A DNA stretch of 64,000 nt from Octopus vulgaris (GCA_951406725.2 OX597823.1:51646001-51710000); one strand, 5' to 3'. Counted from the stretch's first letter, positions 25,211-39,772 are shown. The notes: generated from the sequence alone by a model not told the origin. Made by a program: numbers and translations.

Positions 25211-26089
25211 ATATATAACTTTTGAAATTGCTGATGTACGTTAGAATCACATGAGAGTTGCTCTGTTTTCTTCATATTTCTTCATACAATTATTCAATTT
25301 TCAATCAAAAATCGAGAAATTATATTTTGCAAATATGATTCGATAAAAACGAAATAACCAACCAGTGTACCTTGCTAAAATAAGACTATCTTCTTTATCG
25401 AAACGCATATTATTATATTAGGGTATGTTTCTATTTGCAGTTATGTAATTTGGATTTCAAATATTTATATATATACATACATATATATTCATATATATAT
25501 ATACATATATATACATACATATATATATACTTACATATATACATATACATATATATATATACATATATATATATACATACATATATATATACATACATAT
25601 ATATATACATACATATATATATGCATACATATATATATATACATATATTCCTATAACCAAATATTTTTATTCTCCTTTTTATATATAACACTTCTTATAT
25701 TGTACCACTCGAAGATCTAGATATTTCTCAAGAAGAATGTCTCAAGCAGAATGTCATTTTGTCGTAACACATAGTTGTGGATGCACATTTGTTATTATAA
25801 CAAAATTTAAGGAAAAACATCAACCTTAGTTTATTCACAAATATAGCAATCAAACTTGTGATACAGCCTAAAATATATTTAATTCTTGAGCAACTTTCCT
25901 TCTCTAATCTTTACAGATAAAGTTCATCATTAATGAACTTTAATGGACAATAACATCCTTATACTGTTTAGTGTTTTGCTATTAGCATTTGTATTTTTTT
26001 CACTTTGTTGTCTCTAAATAGTTATAAATCAGAAATTGCTACTCAAGTACACTGTAGAATACGTCTATATAACTTTTATCTTTTGCCAT

Positions 26090-26266
26090 TTACTTGTTTC
26101 AGTCACTGCACTGTGGTCATACTGGAGTATTGACTTGAAATACTTTACTCGAACAAATCGACCCAATGCTTATTTTTAAAAAGCCTCATACTTATTCATT
26201 TTGCCGAATGGTAAGTTGTGAAGCGTTGCTGGGGTAAACATGAATACAATCACCAATACACACACA

Positions 26267-26305
<39 letters not shown>

Positions 26306-26352
26306 ATACTCACGTGTGTATGCGTCCGAGTGTGGGTGCGTGCGTATGTGTG

Positions 26353-26403
<51 letters not shown>

Positions 26404-26700
26404 TGGTGATTGTATTTATGTTTACCCCCAGCAACGCTTCACAACTTACCATTCGGCAAAATGTTACCGACAGAATAAGTATGAGGCTTTTTAAAAATAA
26501 GCATTGGGTCGATTTGTTCGAGTAAAGTATTTCAAGTCAATACGACGGGCTTCTTTCAGTTTCCGTCTACCAGATCCACTCACAAGGCTTTTGTTGGCCC
26601 TGAACCATAGTAGAAGACACTTGCCCAAGGTGCCACTCAGTGAGAATGTACCCTGAACCATATGACTGGGAAGCACATTTTTTTTACCACATAGTCCCAC
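26090..26700 (-). mobile_element. SINE family B containing a ~200-bp internal inverted duplication
   Basis: 26127-~26300 is mirrored by ~26345-26543, after which the SINE resumes at gacgggcttctttcag. Confidence 0.85.
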
Positions 26701-27539
26701 ATCTGAAGAAATATTCACACGTTTCAGAGTATTTCCTGAAAATGCGTTCTCTTCCTTAAACACGCAATTCAGTAACCTGTTGACAGGATTCATTCTGTTT
26801 TTGCTTCTTCCATTTTTTTCTCACACGTCTTCTGTAGTTTTTAATCCTTATACAACCATATGTAACTCACATTTTCGCATTTAAATCTCACTCAATATAA
26901 ATACTTCCAACTTCAAATCCGTACGCAAAACTTAGCCAGTACCTTTCCTCCAAAAACTGCATTTTGTTGGGATTACATTTTCCTCACGTTGATTCGTTTA
27001 AATGCGTTTCAATGCTATTGTTTTGTCCAAGGGTATATAATGAAGGTTTCAGCTTGATAATGGAGATTGTTAAACATTTTTGAGTAATGAAAAATATTGA
27101 GATAGGGAATAAATAAAGGAGGAAACATCGTTGTCTGTGTTACAGCAAGCTTCTTGGCAGAATATGGTCTTCCACTAATATTTTACAATACCTCTATTAT
27201 TTTTGCTAATTTAAAAGTCAATTTCTTCTATCATTGGCAATGGAAAACAATACGATTCAATTAAAGCATTATATTATTCCTGAAAATTTCTATGTATTAG
27301 AGAAGAACGAGACAAACTATAGATTTATTTATTTTCTACCCAGCAAAATGATCTCATTTAAAGTTATTATCACAAAATTATATCATTTTGACGGCAATTT
27401 CACTGACCTATAAGTTAATGGAAATTAAATAACTATAAACATAATTTCATAACCAAATAATGATTTCTCTCGACTCGACGCAAACGAACTTTTTAGTGTG
27501 TCCGAAATATTGTAAATTAAGTCAGCCCTTATCTATTAC

Positions 27540-28330
27540 TTTCTGGCTGTCTGAAACACAGGACCCAAGATACTTGAAGTCACAAATCTCTTTAAATTGT
27601 GTGCAACAATTAGAATAAATTGGCTTTCATCCTCATTAGTGATCATGTAGTTTACATTACACTAGGTACCAGATGAACCTTGGCTGCAGTATCCTCAAGA
27701 AATGTTAAAGTCTTTCGCATCACACATTTGATGAGCTGTGAGGGCAAGATCGTCAGTATAGTCAAGATCAGAGAGACGCAAACTCTACTGATGTCTTGAT
27801 AGCTTTTGCTTGAAGGTGAGGCCTTTCTCTTGGATGAGATAAACATTTTGCCAAAGTGCATGGTCCAGCACAAATACATTGAGGAAAGAAGTTAGGGTAT
27901 CTCCCTGAAGGATTCCTTCAGGTGCTGGGAAACTCTTTTGTCGGACTGTCTGTGCTTCGCACAAAGTTTGGTGTGTTTTCACACATGATGGTAATGGTTT
28001 TGACAGTACCATTTGGAATACTCGTAGTTTAACAAATTGCGTACTATAACCTTTCAAATGTCTTGGAGAAATTCACAAATACAATTGACGCTTTTATTTG
28101 GAGATCCTGAGCTCCTTTATGATAATTCTAAGAACAATAATTTGTTAATAGTGTCAATCTGTCTTTGCGGAACCCATTTTACTCTCGTCGTTGGATAAGA
28201 TCGGTGTAAAAGAAAATTCTGTTTAAAAGTATTGTGCTCTAAATTCTTGAGACTAGAGGTGAGAGAAATTCACGAATATAATTAAACATTTTGCATGAAG
28301 AGTCTGAGCTTTACTGCGATTCTTTTAAAG
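27540..28330 (-). mobile_element. RTE-clade LINE reverse transcriptase remnant
   Basis: Minus strand: NGFRKDR, VFVNFSKTF, EGILQGDTLTSFLNVFVLDHAL, DFKYLGS. Confidence 0.85.
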
Positions 28331-31091
28331 GTAAATTATGCAGTAGTGTTAATCTTCCTTTCAGCATTTCGCTTTAGTTCCGTCGTAGAATAGAATAAAC
28401 ATGAGACGTTCTATAAAGAAACATAGAGTTGCAGATCTTCGAGTATAGAGGTTAGAATACTTTGTAGTTCAGAGGCATGTAAAGGGCACATTTCTTTGGG
28501 AGTGAAATAACTGAAGACTTCGGAAAGGCTTTTGGTTGGTTTCCTTTACAATTATCCTTAATAAAAGTCCCAGATTTTTGGATCATTAGAAATGCAAGTG
28601 ACAAGATTAGACTGCCTATAACAAGCTTCATAATAACTTGCAATCTATTGTTTCAAAGTCAATGAAGTTGACCTTCTTCAAAGCATGTGGATAAATCATT
28701 CTTCTCTATGAAGCCAAAATTTCAATTATGAAGAAGAAACGTCAAGATAGCTTTGATAGTGCATACAGCAGGTTTCAAAACATTTCATAGCGTGACTACA
28801 ATTCCAAAGAGACGATGTTTTGAAGCATTCCATCCATCTATGTTTTTTTATATTCAAAGTAATGTAGGTTTGGTTGGTAATTGCTATTGTGCTGAGCATC
28901 AAATAATTTCATATCATATGTACTGGACATTTCTGCATCCTAATAGAAGACAGACAACTCAAATTGAGGACCTACTGAGATCAATGAAGAGCATAATTCT
29001 TTTTTTTTTTTTGCGTAGTGCCGTGAAACGCCTTTTGGTTGAAGCTAATTAAAGAAGTAGGTGAATGTGTTACTCCTATTTATTTAATGTGGCCAAATAA
29101 ATCAAGAACAAAGTTAGTCTTGGCAGGATTCGAGTTCAGATGATGACAAGCCAGATATAAAGAACATTTATTTATTTGCCTAGTGTTATTGGTATAACAG
29201 TGTCTTAATAAGATAAGTTGCAAACTACAAGGAAATTGTTCTTATTAACCAGTTTATCTACTGATTAACTCCTTACATTAGACACAACACTATAAAGGTG
29301 AAGTAGTGGTGTTTATCCGATAGAATCGAATCCATTCCTTATGTAACTATGCCACAAGTTTTATTCATTGACGTAATAGGGTCGCAACTTTTATAGATGC
29401 ATAGGAAAAGGAGAAGGATAAAGTAAATTTGTTTTCAACCATATATACAGGCAAACATCCGTAAACACGTATACATGTACACAGAGATGGCTCTCTGCTC
29501 ATATACACATGCACGCACACGCACGCACAATTTGTTATTCGTAAGGGTTAACTAGAATTTTTTGACTCAAAAATACCCAATCTCAAAAGTTGATTGCATA
29601 AATCTCACCAGAATGGAAGCTCCAGAAAGGATGTGAGTATTGCTCTTGCTTCCCTGATTAAATAAAAAGATAGGTCAATACCAGAGAGAATTGAACCCCA
29701 ACAGTTTGATGATTTACAGCTGTGACTTCGATACGTTTATGAGATCAAACAGTATATTAATTCTTAGAATTGGTATAATGCCAAAATTTTGTGAGGAGGA
29801 ATACAGCTGAAGAAATTGACCATGCTTTGGATTGATACTTTAGTTTATTCACCAAGAAATGAAGGATAAAGCTGACTTGAGGATAATTTGAACTCAAAAC
29901 ATAAAATGACATCATTAAATAACACAAGAAATTCTGTCCGACACCATACCAATTCGAGCAACAATAAACGTGGTTATTGAAATATATATATTTACTAAAC
30001 TTTTCAGCCTATCTTGTTGCATTTCTTCGCTGTATCCAATCTGTTGATATACCAGTCTCCCAACAGTTTGGTTATATCATCAGGTAGAAAAGGAGTATAA
30101 TATTTTTGTAGTCCTTTTTAAATATAGTTTTCAAACATATAATTTCTGCTTCATAATAATATGAATTAGTTAATTTTGGTAATTACAGGCAAAATCTAGA
30201 GTTACAGTTTAAATAACAGCTTTAGGCATTTAACAAATACATTAATAAAGATTAATATAATTAATTAACGAAATACATTAATAAAGAATAATATCATTAA
30301 TTAACAGAGTGAGACCGTTTTAGGGTTTCGTTGTATGTTCTAGCTTCAGGCAACTTAATAATATCTGCAAGATGACGTTCGGATTGAATTGCTCTGGGTT
30401 AATCTTGAATATTGAATATTGAATAACAAATGTGTTCGTGCATGAAAGCATATGTAAGGTTACAGTGAAGCTAGTTGGTGTCGCAGTTTCGATTCCGTTT
30501 CACACATTACAAATCACTCCTCACATGTGTGATTTCCGTCAGTAATCAATAACATGAGGAAAACTGAAAATTTGTTTCTTTATCATTCACCTTGCGTTTT
30601 AATGCATTACGTACGAATTTGCGTGCATGCGTGTGTGCGTGCAGATGTATGCACAAAAATATATTACCGACTTTACAATCATGAGGTCCCGGGTTCGATT
30701 TCATCGCATTTATCTTGCGTGAGTATCTTTTGCCATAATTTCGTGTTGGAACAATCCTTGTGAGTGAAACTGAATTGATAGAAATTATGTGAAAGCCCAT
30801 CGAATAGGCGACAACACATACAGTTCAAATATTTGAACAACTAAATTATGTATCAACAATTTGTGGTTAGCTCAGCTGATCAAACAAGCGGAGGGTTAAC
30901 TATTGTCACTATATGCATAAGTAAGTAGTTTTAGTGTGAGCATGCGTTTTCATATACATTTATGTCCGTGTGTGTGCATGCGTGCGTGTGTAATATCAAA
31001 ATCTAACATAAATTTGAGTTTCTCACCGGGCTGGGCCGTTCACTACAAATGTTTCTATGTAAACTATATTTCAATATACTTCACAGGGCTT

Positions 31092-31520
31092 AAGGCAGTG
31101 AGCTGGTAGAATCGTTAGTAGTCGGGGCTTAGCAGCTTTTCGTCTGCCTTCACGTTCTGGGTTCAAATTCCGACGAAGTCGTCTTTGTCTTTCATCCTTT
31201 CGGAGTTGATAAAATAAGAACCAGTTGAACATGGGATCTATGTAATTGACTCACTCCTTCCCCGAAATTGCTGGCCTTGTGCCAAAATTTGAAACCAATA
31301 TTTATTCAAGAATAAGACAGAGAGCTGGCAAAACGGTAAGCACGTGCTTAGTGTAAGCCAAATTGCTTAGTGGCATTTCGTCCGTCTTTACGTTCAACCG
31401 TTCAAATGTCGCCGAGGCCCACTTTGCGTTTCATCCTTTCGGGGTCGATAAAATAAGTGCCAATCAGCTTATCCGCTTTACCGGACTTGCTGGCCTTATG
31501 CCAAAATTTGAAACCAATAT
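31092..31520 (+). mobile_element. Two tandem SINE family C copies
   Basis: aaggcagtgagctgg..tttcatcctttcgg..gccaaaatttgaaaccaata occurs twice. Confidence 0.85.
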
Positions 31521-31542
31521 ATTTTACAGCGTTTACATTACG

Positions 31543-31606
<64 letters not shown>

Positions 31607-32610
31607 ATATCGTCAAAAAATAAAGTTTCAGTGGGCACTGGGGTCGCTGTAAAAAACAAGACACTTCGTTCAAAATGACAAGCTTTGTACCTATACCAGA
31701 AATTACATTATAGTGTATTGTTCTGGTGTATCGTTTTGGCCAAACACAAATATGTCAACTATCTCAAGCATTTAAATAGAAATTAAACTATTTTTTTCTC
31801 TTTTATTTCAACATCACAGCAACCATGTCTAAGAAGTTTTATTTCTCTCTCACTCTCTATCTTCCACTATTTCTTTCTTTGCTCTTAGCCGTTCGCTTCT
31901 TATTTTGCACCAACAGTTTAGAAACGGCTGCCTTTAATCATGCGACATCTTAAATTGAATGAGAAATGTTTTTGCTTGCTATTTCTTCCAGTTTGAGAAT
32001 ACATATGTTGAATTCCTTAACGCATACGTCTGTGCCTTGATCTGCTAGCACATGTATGGCACTCAAATGAAACGCTAATACAAAGAACAGTATTTTGTAC
32101 AACAATAAACTTCTCTCGACTAGCTTGTCTTGATGCGGAGCACGTCCTAGTGGAACAAATCACAAAACTGTCTTATCTCCTTCCTCTAGGCCAATTTTAC
32201 TAACATTTCTTACAACACAAATCATCCAATTCACTTTATAAAACAGTCAATAAGTGAGTGTGTGCTGGCGCGCACGCATTCTCACAACATATTCATCTTT
32301 TGCACTTTGTTAATATCGTATAAACGAATTACTTTTTATCGCTTTCATTTTGTTTTTGTTTTCAGTTTTGTTTTTTTTTTTCACGTTGCACTTACAATAA
32401 CTCGTCTGCAATTGAGTCGATATATTACAAGGACGAAAAAATGTTTGTTTTCTGTTTGTCTGTAGTAAATAATGGGAAAATCATATAAATATTATTGTTA
32501 TTATACTACAGAATTCATACTTTTTTAAAAAAATCTTCCAATGCAAAATAAAACGCATTCATATACTCACACGTGCATACGTGTGTGCGTGTGTGCGTGT
32601 GTGTGTGTGC

Positions 32611-32765
32611 ACGAGGGGGTACTGAAAGGTTCGTGGTTTTAAGGGCGTCGCGAAAAGGCGTGGCTGGAGAGATGGAGGCCCAACAGAGTTCTTTTACAGG
32701 GCTTAGAAAAACTAAAGGACCGCTGCACTAAGTGTGTGAATCTGAGGGGGAATACGTTTATTAAT
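32611..32765 (+). mobile_element. Mariner-derived MITE, partial
   Basis: TIR cgagggggtactgaaaggttc and residual C-terminal GLEKLKDRCTKCVNLRG. Same family as 44402-44602 in the opposite orientation. Confidence 0.75.
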
Positions 32766-34131
32766 ATCAAGCACAGTACTCTAATTTTATAACATTAAAC
32801 TTATACAAAAAGAGAACACATAGCTTATGTCATTTGCGTAATTTAAGCAGAAACGAACTTAAAAACCTGTCCTTTTCTTTAATTGCATGATTCTTGAGGT
32901 TATCTCATCCTTCATATGAAGCTAATCTTAATTATGTTGTATGGTATTTGTTATACCTGTATTTGTCTATATTCTAGAAAAGATGGTCATACATCTTGGA
33001 CATTTGAAACTTATTCTTACAAAAATTGAGAATGTTTGTATAAATGTTGCACATACTTGTTTTAGATGTGTTTTGCGTGTGTGTCCAGTTATAAATACAT
33101 AATATATTCTTATTTAAACGTTTATAATCAGACATGAACTTTACAGATCTGTACAATGTTTGCAAAGAGCAGTAAACTTTTCATTTAAATTCCTTGGATA
33201 AAAATGAAACACAATACTATCCGCTTGTCTTCTGCAAAATACGAATAATTCTTATAACAGCATTTTGTTTCTAGGTGTCAGATTAAGCACCCTCTTAACC
33301 TAGATAGATATATATATTTTTGTTATTTCGTGATTGTTTGACCTTTATATTACATTTTACTAACAAAAATGCAATGAGTGATAGGCTATCTCTTCGTCCA
33401 TTTCGAGAAAAGATGAGTTTACTAATAAGTGTAAGTCGAAGGCAATAATGCCTCAGGTTTCCTTCAAGTGATATTCGCTTAGCGAGTCTGCTATTACACC
33501 GAACGTGCTTGTGAGAACCGTAATGAAACAGTGAAACAGGGTCAATGTCAATATACACCAATCATTTCAAGTTTAGGTTGTCTCAAGCTTGTAAAAATGG
33601 AATGAAGAAGAAATATAGCATTATAGAGATGTTTGCCGATTTGAAATAAGTAAAGCAGAGAGATGGAAAAAGTATTGTGTGTTGGGCGATAACGACATCA
33701 ACTATATGCAATTTAGTAAAAGTATTTCAAAATTGTCGATATAAATTAATATAAAACATTAGCTATGGCTTCTCGCAATTTCGTTCATTAGTGTTACTTC
33801 CACACTTGTCATGTCGGTCATCACAAACCGTGGCAAAAATCTATGGGTGTGGGGCGGGGGCGGGGAATGCATTAGTTTCTCGGCTGCAGGGGTCGAGGAT
33901 TTGTATTTCATCACTTCGCCGACCGTGGGCATAAAGCCGAATGTCTAGAGAGAAGGTTTTGCTGGTAGGCACTATTTCATTGACGACTGGGGAGCTACTT
34001 ACAAGCACATAAACATGGACATACATGCACACACATATGTGTGTATCTATATGTATATAAATGTATGTAAATATATATATATATGTGTGTGTGCGTGTGT
34101 GTATGTACATATATATGTATGTATATATTTC

Positions 34132-34184
<53 letters not shown>

Positions 34185-34527
34185 TTATGTATGTATATGT
34201 ATATGCTCTTACGTATATATGTATACATGATTAAAGTAAACAAATTTTGTTTTAGAAGCATTGAGATGTATTGAAAGATACAGAAATAAATTTTTATTCC
34301 CAAACGCGTGATAATGCTAATAAAATAGCATGAACAGGATAAATTATCCAGACATTGTATATATATATATGTATGTATGTATGTTTGCATGTGTGTGTAT
34401 GTATGTATATATATATATGTTTGTGTATGTGTGTATATGTATGTGTATATATATATGCATATATATATGTATATATGTATGTGAATATATATATGTATAT
34501 ACATATGTATGTATGTGTATATATGCA

Positions 34528-34575
<48 letters not shown>

Positions 34576-34579
<4 letters not shown>

Positions 34580-34770
34580 ATCCAAACATGAAAACACAAC
34601 AACGCGAGGACGTGGAACAAGTATAGTATTATTGGATGCTCAGGAAAGGAAAGAAAGAAGAAGATTTAACGTTTCGAGCGGAGCACTTCGTCAGAAACAT
34701 AGGAAAAGGAAAGATCCAAGGAAGGGGAGACGGAGGAAAAAAAAATTGCCAACGGTACACACGCTGTCAC

Positions 34771-34775
<5 letters not shown>
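34576..34775 (-). mobile_element. PLE-like short element (family P4) in (TA)n
   Basis: Unique 200-bp block between two (TA)n tracts, containing an HHR motif. Confidence 0.65.
34665..34697 (-). ncRNA. Minimal type I hammerhead ribozyme motif (canonical CUGACGA core)
   Basis: Minus strand: ttt-CTGACGA-agtgctccgctc-GAAA-cg-TT-aaa, with palindrome AACGTT. Stems I and II are weak. Confidence 0.6.
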
Positions 34776-34810
<35 letters not shown>

Positions 34811-34889
34811 CTGTGTATGTATGTGTGTGTACATACATACATGCATGCATGCATGTATACATACATACATACAAAACAGAAAGCAAAGC

Positions 34890-35515
34890 AGCTGACAAAA
34901 AATGTCATCAAGGTACTGCATCTCTAGGCAACTTGATGCTGCAAAGACAATATATAATGAAATCCGAAAAAAGACTCGGCTGGAATAAATATAGAGAATG
35001 CCTGCAACGATTGAATATGTACACAAATATCAACACAAGGTGTACTGGTGGAACATTCCCTTCAAAATATTTGTCAAGAGTAAGCATAACATGCCGGATA
35101 TTGTTATTTGGGGCTGGCAAGAAAAAGTAAGTACCGTTAGAGAGGTCACCTCTCCTGCTGATGTAAAAAATCTCATTGGATATCAGAGAGAAAGAGAATA
35201 ACTATGAACAACTGCTTCGAAACCTCCAGCTATTAAACCCAGAATACAAATTTACCTTTATACCAATATTGATTAGTGCTCTTGGTTTTGTGAGTAAATG
35301 CTTGAGTCACAATCTGGTTAAGCTAGGATTTTTCAGAAAAAAATATCAACCAACTAGCTTGCATATTACAAAAACAGTCTGCAAGTGGAACAGTAAAGAT
35401 ATGCAAGACTTTTCTCTGCTGACATTGTTCTCGTTATCTATATTCCAACGATAGAGCTTTGTATCTTTGCTAACAGAGCAGCTTTTTTCTCAAAGGAAGA
35501 ATTTAAATAATTAAA
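34890..35515 (+). mobile_element. 3' end of an R4/Dong-like non-LTR element with restriction-like endonuclease (decayed)
   Basis: YWWNIP..KHNMPDIVIW..EVTSPAD..ENNYEQLLRNLQLL..FIPILISALG fits the PD..E..K/Y..PxxxGALG pattern of RLE domains. Frameshifted. Confidence 0.8.
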
Positions 35516-35628
35516 AACAGAAGTGAATATACACTTTTAAAGGCATGCTTACCACACGATTAAATATTTTAGTCTAAGTATGTATAACTAGCATGTAGTC
35601 AATAAAGCTAAGCTAGTTTAAGGTTGTC

Positions 35629-36043
35629 CTTAGGTAGTGGGTGGCGATTTTCTTCACTACTTCAGGGAGTGACGACTCTGCCTGACACGAGTCCCAGGTT
35701 CAGCTGGCTCCGGCTGATAGTACCTGGTATGGACTCTTATCCAGGGTTACGGAAAGGAGACAACCTTCAAAGAAATCTGGAGTGGAACCCCGTAGGCGGT
35801 TGAGTGTTCGAATCGACACTCTTCCGGCAGCTCCTGCAACCAAGCTGGTGCCAAACGTAATGCTCTGCACACCTTTGGACTACGTCAGCAAGGTTGAGAG
35901 AGGAATCCTGACGATTGAGCTGCCCAGAATTTTCTTACCTCCAGCCCAGGCCAGTGCAAAACTAGAGAGAACATGAAATGCAAAAACTGGATTACTTCAT
36001 GCGCAACTCCATTGTCTCCCGAGACAAAAAGATACCAAGAACA
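35629..36043 (+). mobile_element. 415-bp non-coding retroposon, probably RTE-related non-autonomous element
   Basis: 14-bp TSD agtttaaggttgtc at 35615-35628 and 36044-36057. 3' hairpin gtctc-cc-gagac. GC-richer than the flanks. Confidence 0.7.
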
Positions 36044-36756
36044 AGTTTAAGGTTGTCTCTATCAGTAGATTTGAACGATGATATTTGAAACTCTCACTGA
36101 AAGGAAAAGCAGTAGAATGATACCGGAGCAATATTATCTATGAAGCAACAAATAAACTTTCTTCTGAAGCTAAGAATATCAATAAGTTATCATTTGAACA
36201 TTTTTTTTTGTAAATTTATATATTTTTCAGGTTTCTCTCTTACATGTAACAACCTTGTTGAATTATGTAAATGATTTTGTTGATACACTTTAACTACTTT
36301 TATACGAAATCAATTTAATCACATCCTATGTTTGTATACATTGCAATAAAATGCACGCTAAGCATAAATTTTGCAGCATTTTCAAATTTTGGCGTTCCAC
36401 TTATCGAAGGTTTGGAAATAATAACTTTCAGTAAAATAACTTTGTTACTCTTAACATGGTGTGTAGCATAACGCCCTGAGTTCATATGTCACCGAGGTCG
36501 ACTTCGTCTTTTACCCTTTTTGGGGTCGATACAATAAATATCAATTGAGCACTGGGCCCGATGCAATCAACTTATCTCCTTACCTAAAATTGCTGACGGT
36601 TTGCCAAAATCTGAAAGCATTACTAAGCTAGAGTTTAGGACAAATTAGCGTGAAATTTTGATGTAAGGTTTTTAATTCAGATTACTTTAAACTATAAGTT
36701 TGAATCATAAAACTAGGGGTGGTTCCAGGCAGGTTAGTATCAAAGGGGTAAAAGAT

Positions 36757-36918
36757 AGGTGCAGGTGTGGCTGTGTGGTAAGAAGTTTGCTTCCCAACCA
36801 CATGGTTTCGAGTTCAATCACAATGCGTAGCACTTTGGACCAGTATCTTCTGCTATAGACTGGCCGACCAAAGCCTTGTGAGTGAATTTGCTAGAGGAAA
36901 ACTGATAGAAGCCCGTCG

Positions 36919-36952
<34 letters not shown>

Positions 36953-37469
36953 GTAGAAAAATACAACATGGACAAGAACGTATAACTCTTAGAAGACGAC
37001 ACAATAAACACGGACAGGACATTCGAAACCCTCAGTCTTCAGTCAAGAACCGGATCATCGTAGTAATTTCGGCTGATTAATCTTGAGATTACTAGATCAC
37101 GGCCAGCCCTCCAAGAAAAACCAAGCAACGAGCATTAGAAAAACTAAGCTGGAAGCGTAGATTTCCTGGAAGAAGGATCGAATGCATACGAACACCAGGA
37201 CAGCAAAAGGGACAGATATAAAAAAAAAAAAACAAAAAACAATAATGGAATACAGAAACATGAAATACAGAAGCATTAACGGTGAAAACAACAGTGTCTT
37301 ACGACTGATAACAAGCAAACAAATTTTTTCTCTGGCGCAATGGAAAAAGCCTTTATAGTGGCGGACGAAAACAGCGATGTTAACAAGACGAGGGTCAGGA
37401 ACTGAAAGGCAGATTTCGGCCAACAGTCACGTGACAGAGAAGAGGGAAAAGAAAAGAAAGAGAAGCAAA

Positions 37470-37503
<34 letters not shown>

Positions 37504-37740
37504 GGACAAACGCAACAAAGAGAGAGAAAGAGAGAAAGAAGGAATCAGAGAGAAATATATATATATATATATCGTGTGTGTGTGTACGCAAACACCACTT
37601 GGCAACCGGTATTGGTGTGTTTACGTCCCCGTAACTTAGTGGTTTGCCAAATAGTGACCAATGAAATGAGTAATAGGTTTAAAGAAGAAAAAATAAGTAC
37701 TGGGGTTGATTCGTTCATTGACTGAAACAAGTGAAAGATA
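36757..37740 (+). mobile_element. SINE family B split at its (TA) tract by a ~600-bp insertion (36948-~37555)
   Basis: SINE 5' half ends gaagcccgtcg at ~36918 and the 3' half resumes at ~37575. The insert has a second copy at 38204-38580. Confidence 0.8.
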
Positions 37741-38167
37741 TCTGTTCGCATACAATTATTTACCCATAACACTGTATGCGGATTTTCTCTTTCTCTTTGT
37801 ACCTTTTAACCATATATTGCCTTCCATCCATTCTCAGTTTTTTTCTGTTCCTTTTTACCCCTACTGAAAAAAAACCTTTGCCGTCGCCTGTTACTTTTAA
37901 GTCTTTACTCAACCTTCTAAACCTCGTCCTATTTCTTCAACGAATTCTCGTTCATCTATGACAGACTGATGAAGCAATAGTGGTGGACAAACTTCAGAGT
38001 TACTATCAACATTGTTTGACGATTTATTTTCACATATATTGAGTATATAGGCCAGAAAAAAAGTTGCTGTTTTATATGTAACTGAAAATGCTTGCATTAA
38101 AATATATACATTAAAATCTATATATCTACATGAATAATTATACGTGTGTGTGTGTGCGTATGTGTGC

Positions 38168-38203
<36 letters not shown>

Positions 38204-38209
<6 letters not shown>

Positions 38210-38580
38210 GAAAAATATAAACTGGGACAAGAACGTAAAACATTTAGAAGCCTTCAATCCTCAGTCAAGAACCGGATCATCCTAGCAATTTCGGCTGATT
38301 AATCTTGAGATCGCTCCGATCCGGCCAGCCCCAAGGAGAAACTAAGCTACGAGCATTAGATTTCTTGGAAAAAGGATCGAATGTATACGAAACAGGGACA
38401 GAAAAACGGACGATGCCACACGAATATAAAATACAGAAAACAATAAAGTAAAAGCAAGACAAAAACAGCGGGTGTCTTACGACTAATAGACAGTACAACT
38501 TAGTTTAGCTGGTGGCGTATTTGGGAAAAATATACCTTTTTCGGCAGACGAAGACAATGATGTTCTCATGGCGCTGGTTA
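38204..38580. mobile_element. Second copy of (TA)n-targeting repeat (family P6)
   Basis: tatgtagaaaaata..ggacaagaacgta..cagtcaagaaccggatcatc..aatttcggctgattaatcttgagat, shared with 36948-37400. Confidence 0.75.
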
Positions 38581-38581
38581 T

Positions 38582-38625
<44 letters not shown>

Positions 38626-39737
38626 TTACATATATATACTCACATGTATATACTCGCATACACATATCTAGAAATATTACACCCATCCACATACACACAT
38701 GCATATGCATACATCTGTGCTATAACATGCTACATCTATGCGTAAGTTAGTCTATAAGTGCATACTTACACACAAAATATTCATATGTATGTACTTGTGT
38801 TTCATGTATGTTATGTATGTATGCGTGTGACCGCGCGTGTCTGTGCATGCGTGCGTACATATATCAATATATGAGCGTATATTATGCTGATAATATATAT
38901 ATATACATGACAACAAATAACATTCGTACGCCTATTAGTCGGACGGACAGCCTTAACTATATCGGAATGTATCTCGCCGCTTAAGCAAATGCTGTTCAGA
39001 ATACAAAAATTGATCTAAACGGAGAAAAAGATACACGACTACACATACATATGTGTCTATCACATGCAAACATATCTGTATCATAATAGGACTTTTTCAC
39101 AATGCCACTAGCTATAAAAGCTACGCATCTTTTTGTCTCAAATCTAAATGACGTTGTTCAACTATTGTTGTTCAGTTTGATTATCTAAAAAGTTTGCCCC
39201 GGAAAATCCGTGCTTTAAAGATACAATGCTGAATGATGAGGAATTGGTATTTTTCAAGAGATTCGCCAAAATTCTTATTATCTACTTGAGCTTTTCAAAC
39301 AGATTCAATTTAAGTAATTGCTCAGATATGAAGCGTATAGTCTTGTTCCTCTTTCCATAGTTTTGTTCCATTTTAGGCGATCCAGAATAGTTCTCATTAT
39401 ATCAGGAACGATGAGAAAAGGCTAACAAAATTGAAACGGTTTCGATGGTTTACGTCCACAAGAAATTGATAAAATCTTATAACTAAATTAACCTAAATAC
39501 TTATTCTGAAATAGTTTTTGAGCTATGAAGTTGTTTGTCTACATATTCACGGAGGTAATCTTAAGCAGACGACAATACGCACATATCCGTGTATGCAAAA
39601 ATTTATGTATGCGCGTATATAGTTCTGTGTGTGTGTGTGCATATACACATACTTGCATATATGTACATGAGAAAGAAACAGAAAATGGTATTCGTGAGAT
39701 TCCTTACTAATCACTACGATATATATATAGGTACATA

Positions 39738-39772
<35 letters not shown>

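Noticed and set aside
33845-33865. G-quadruplex-like gggtgtggggcgggggcgggg
   Set aside because: Isolated motif with no functional context.
37966-38005. CTGATGA followed by caaacttcagagtt
   Set aside because: No GAAA and no supportable stems I/II; at best a dead HHR.
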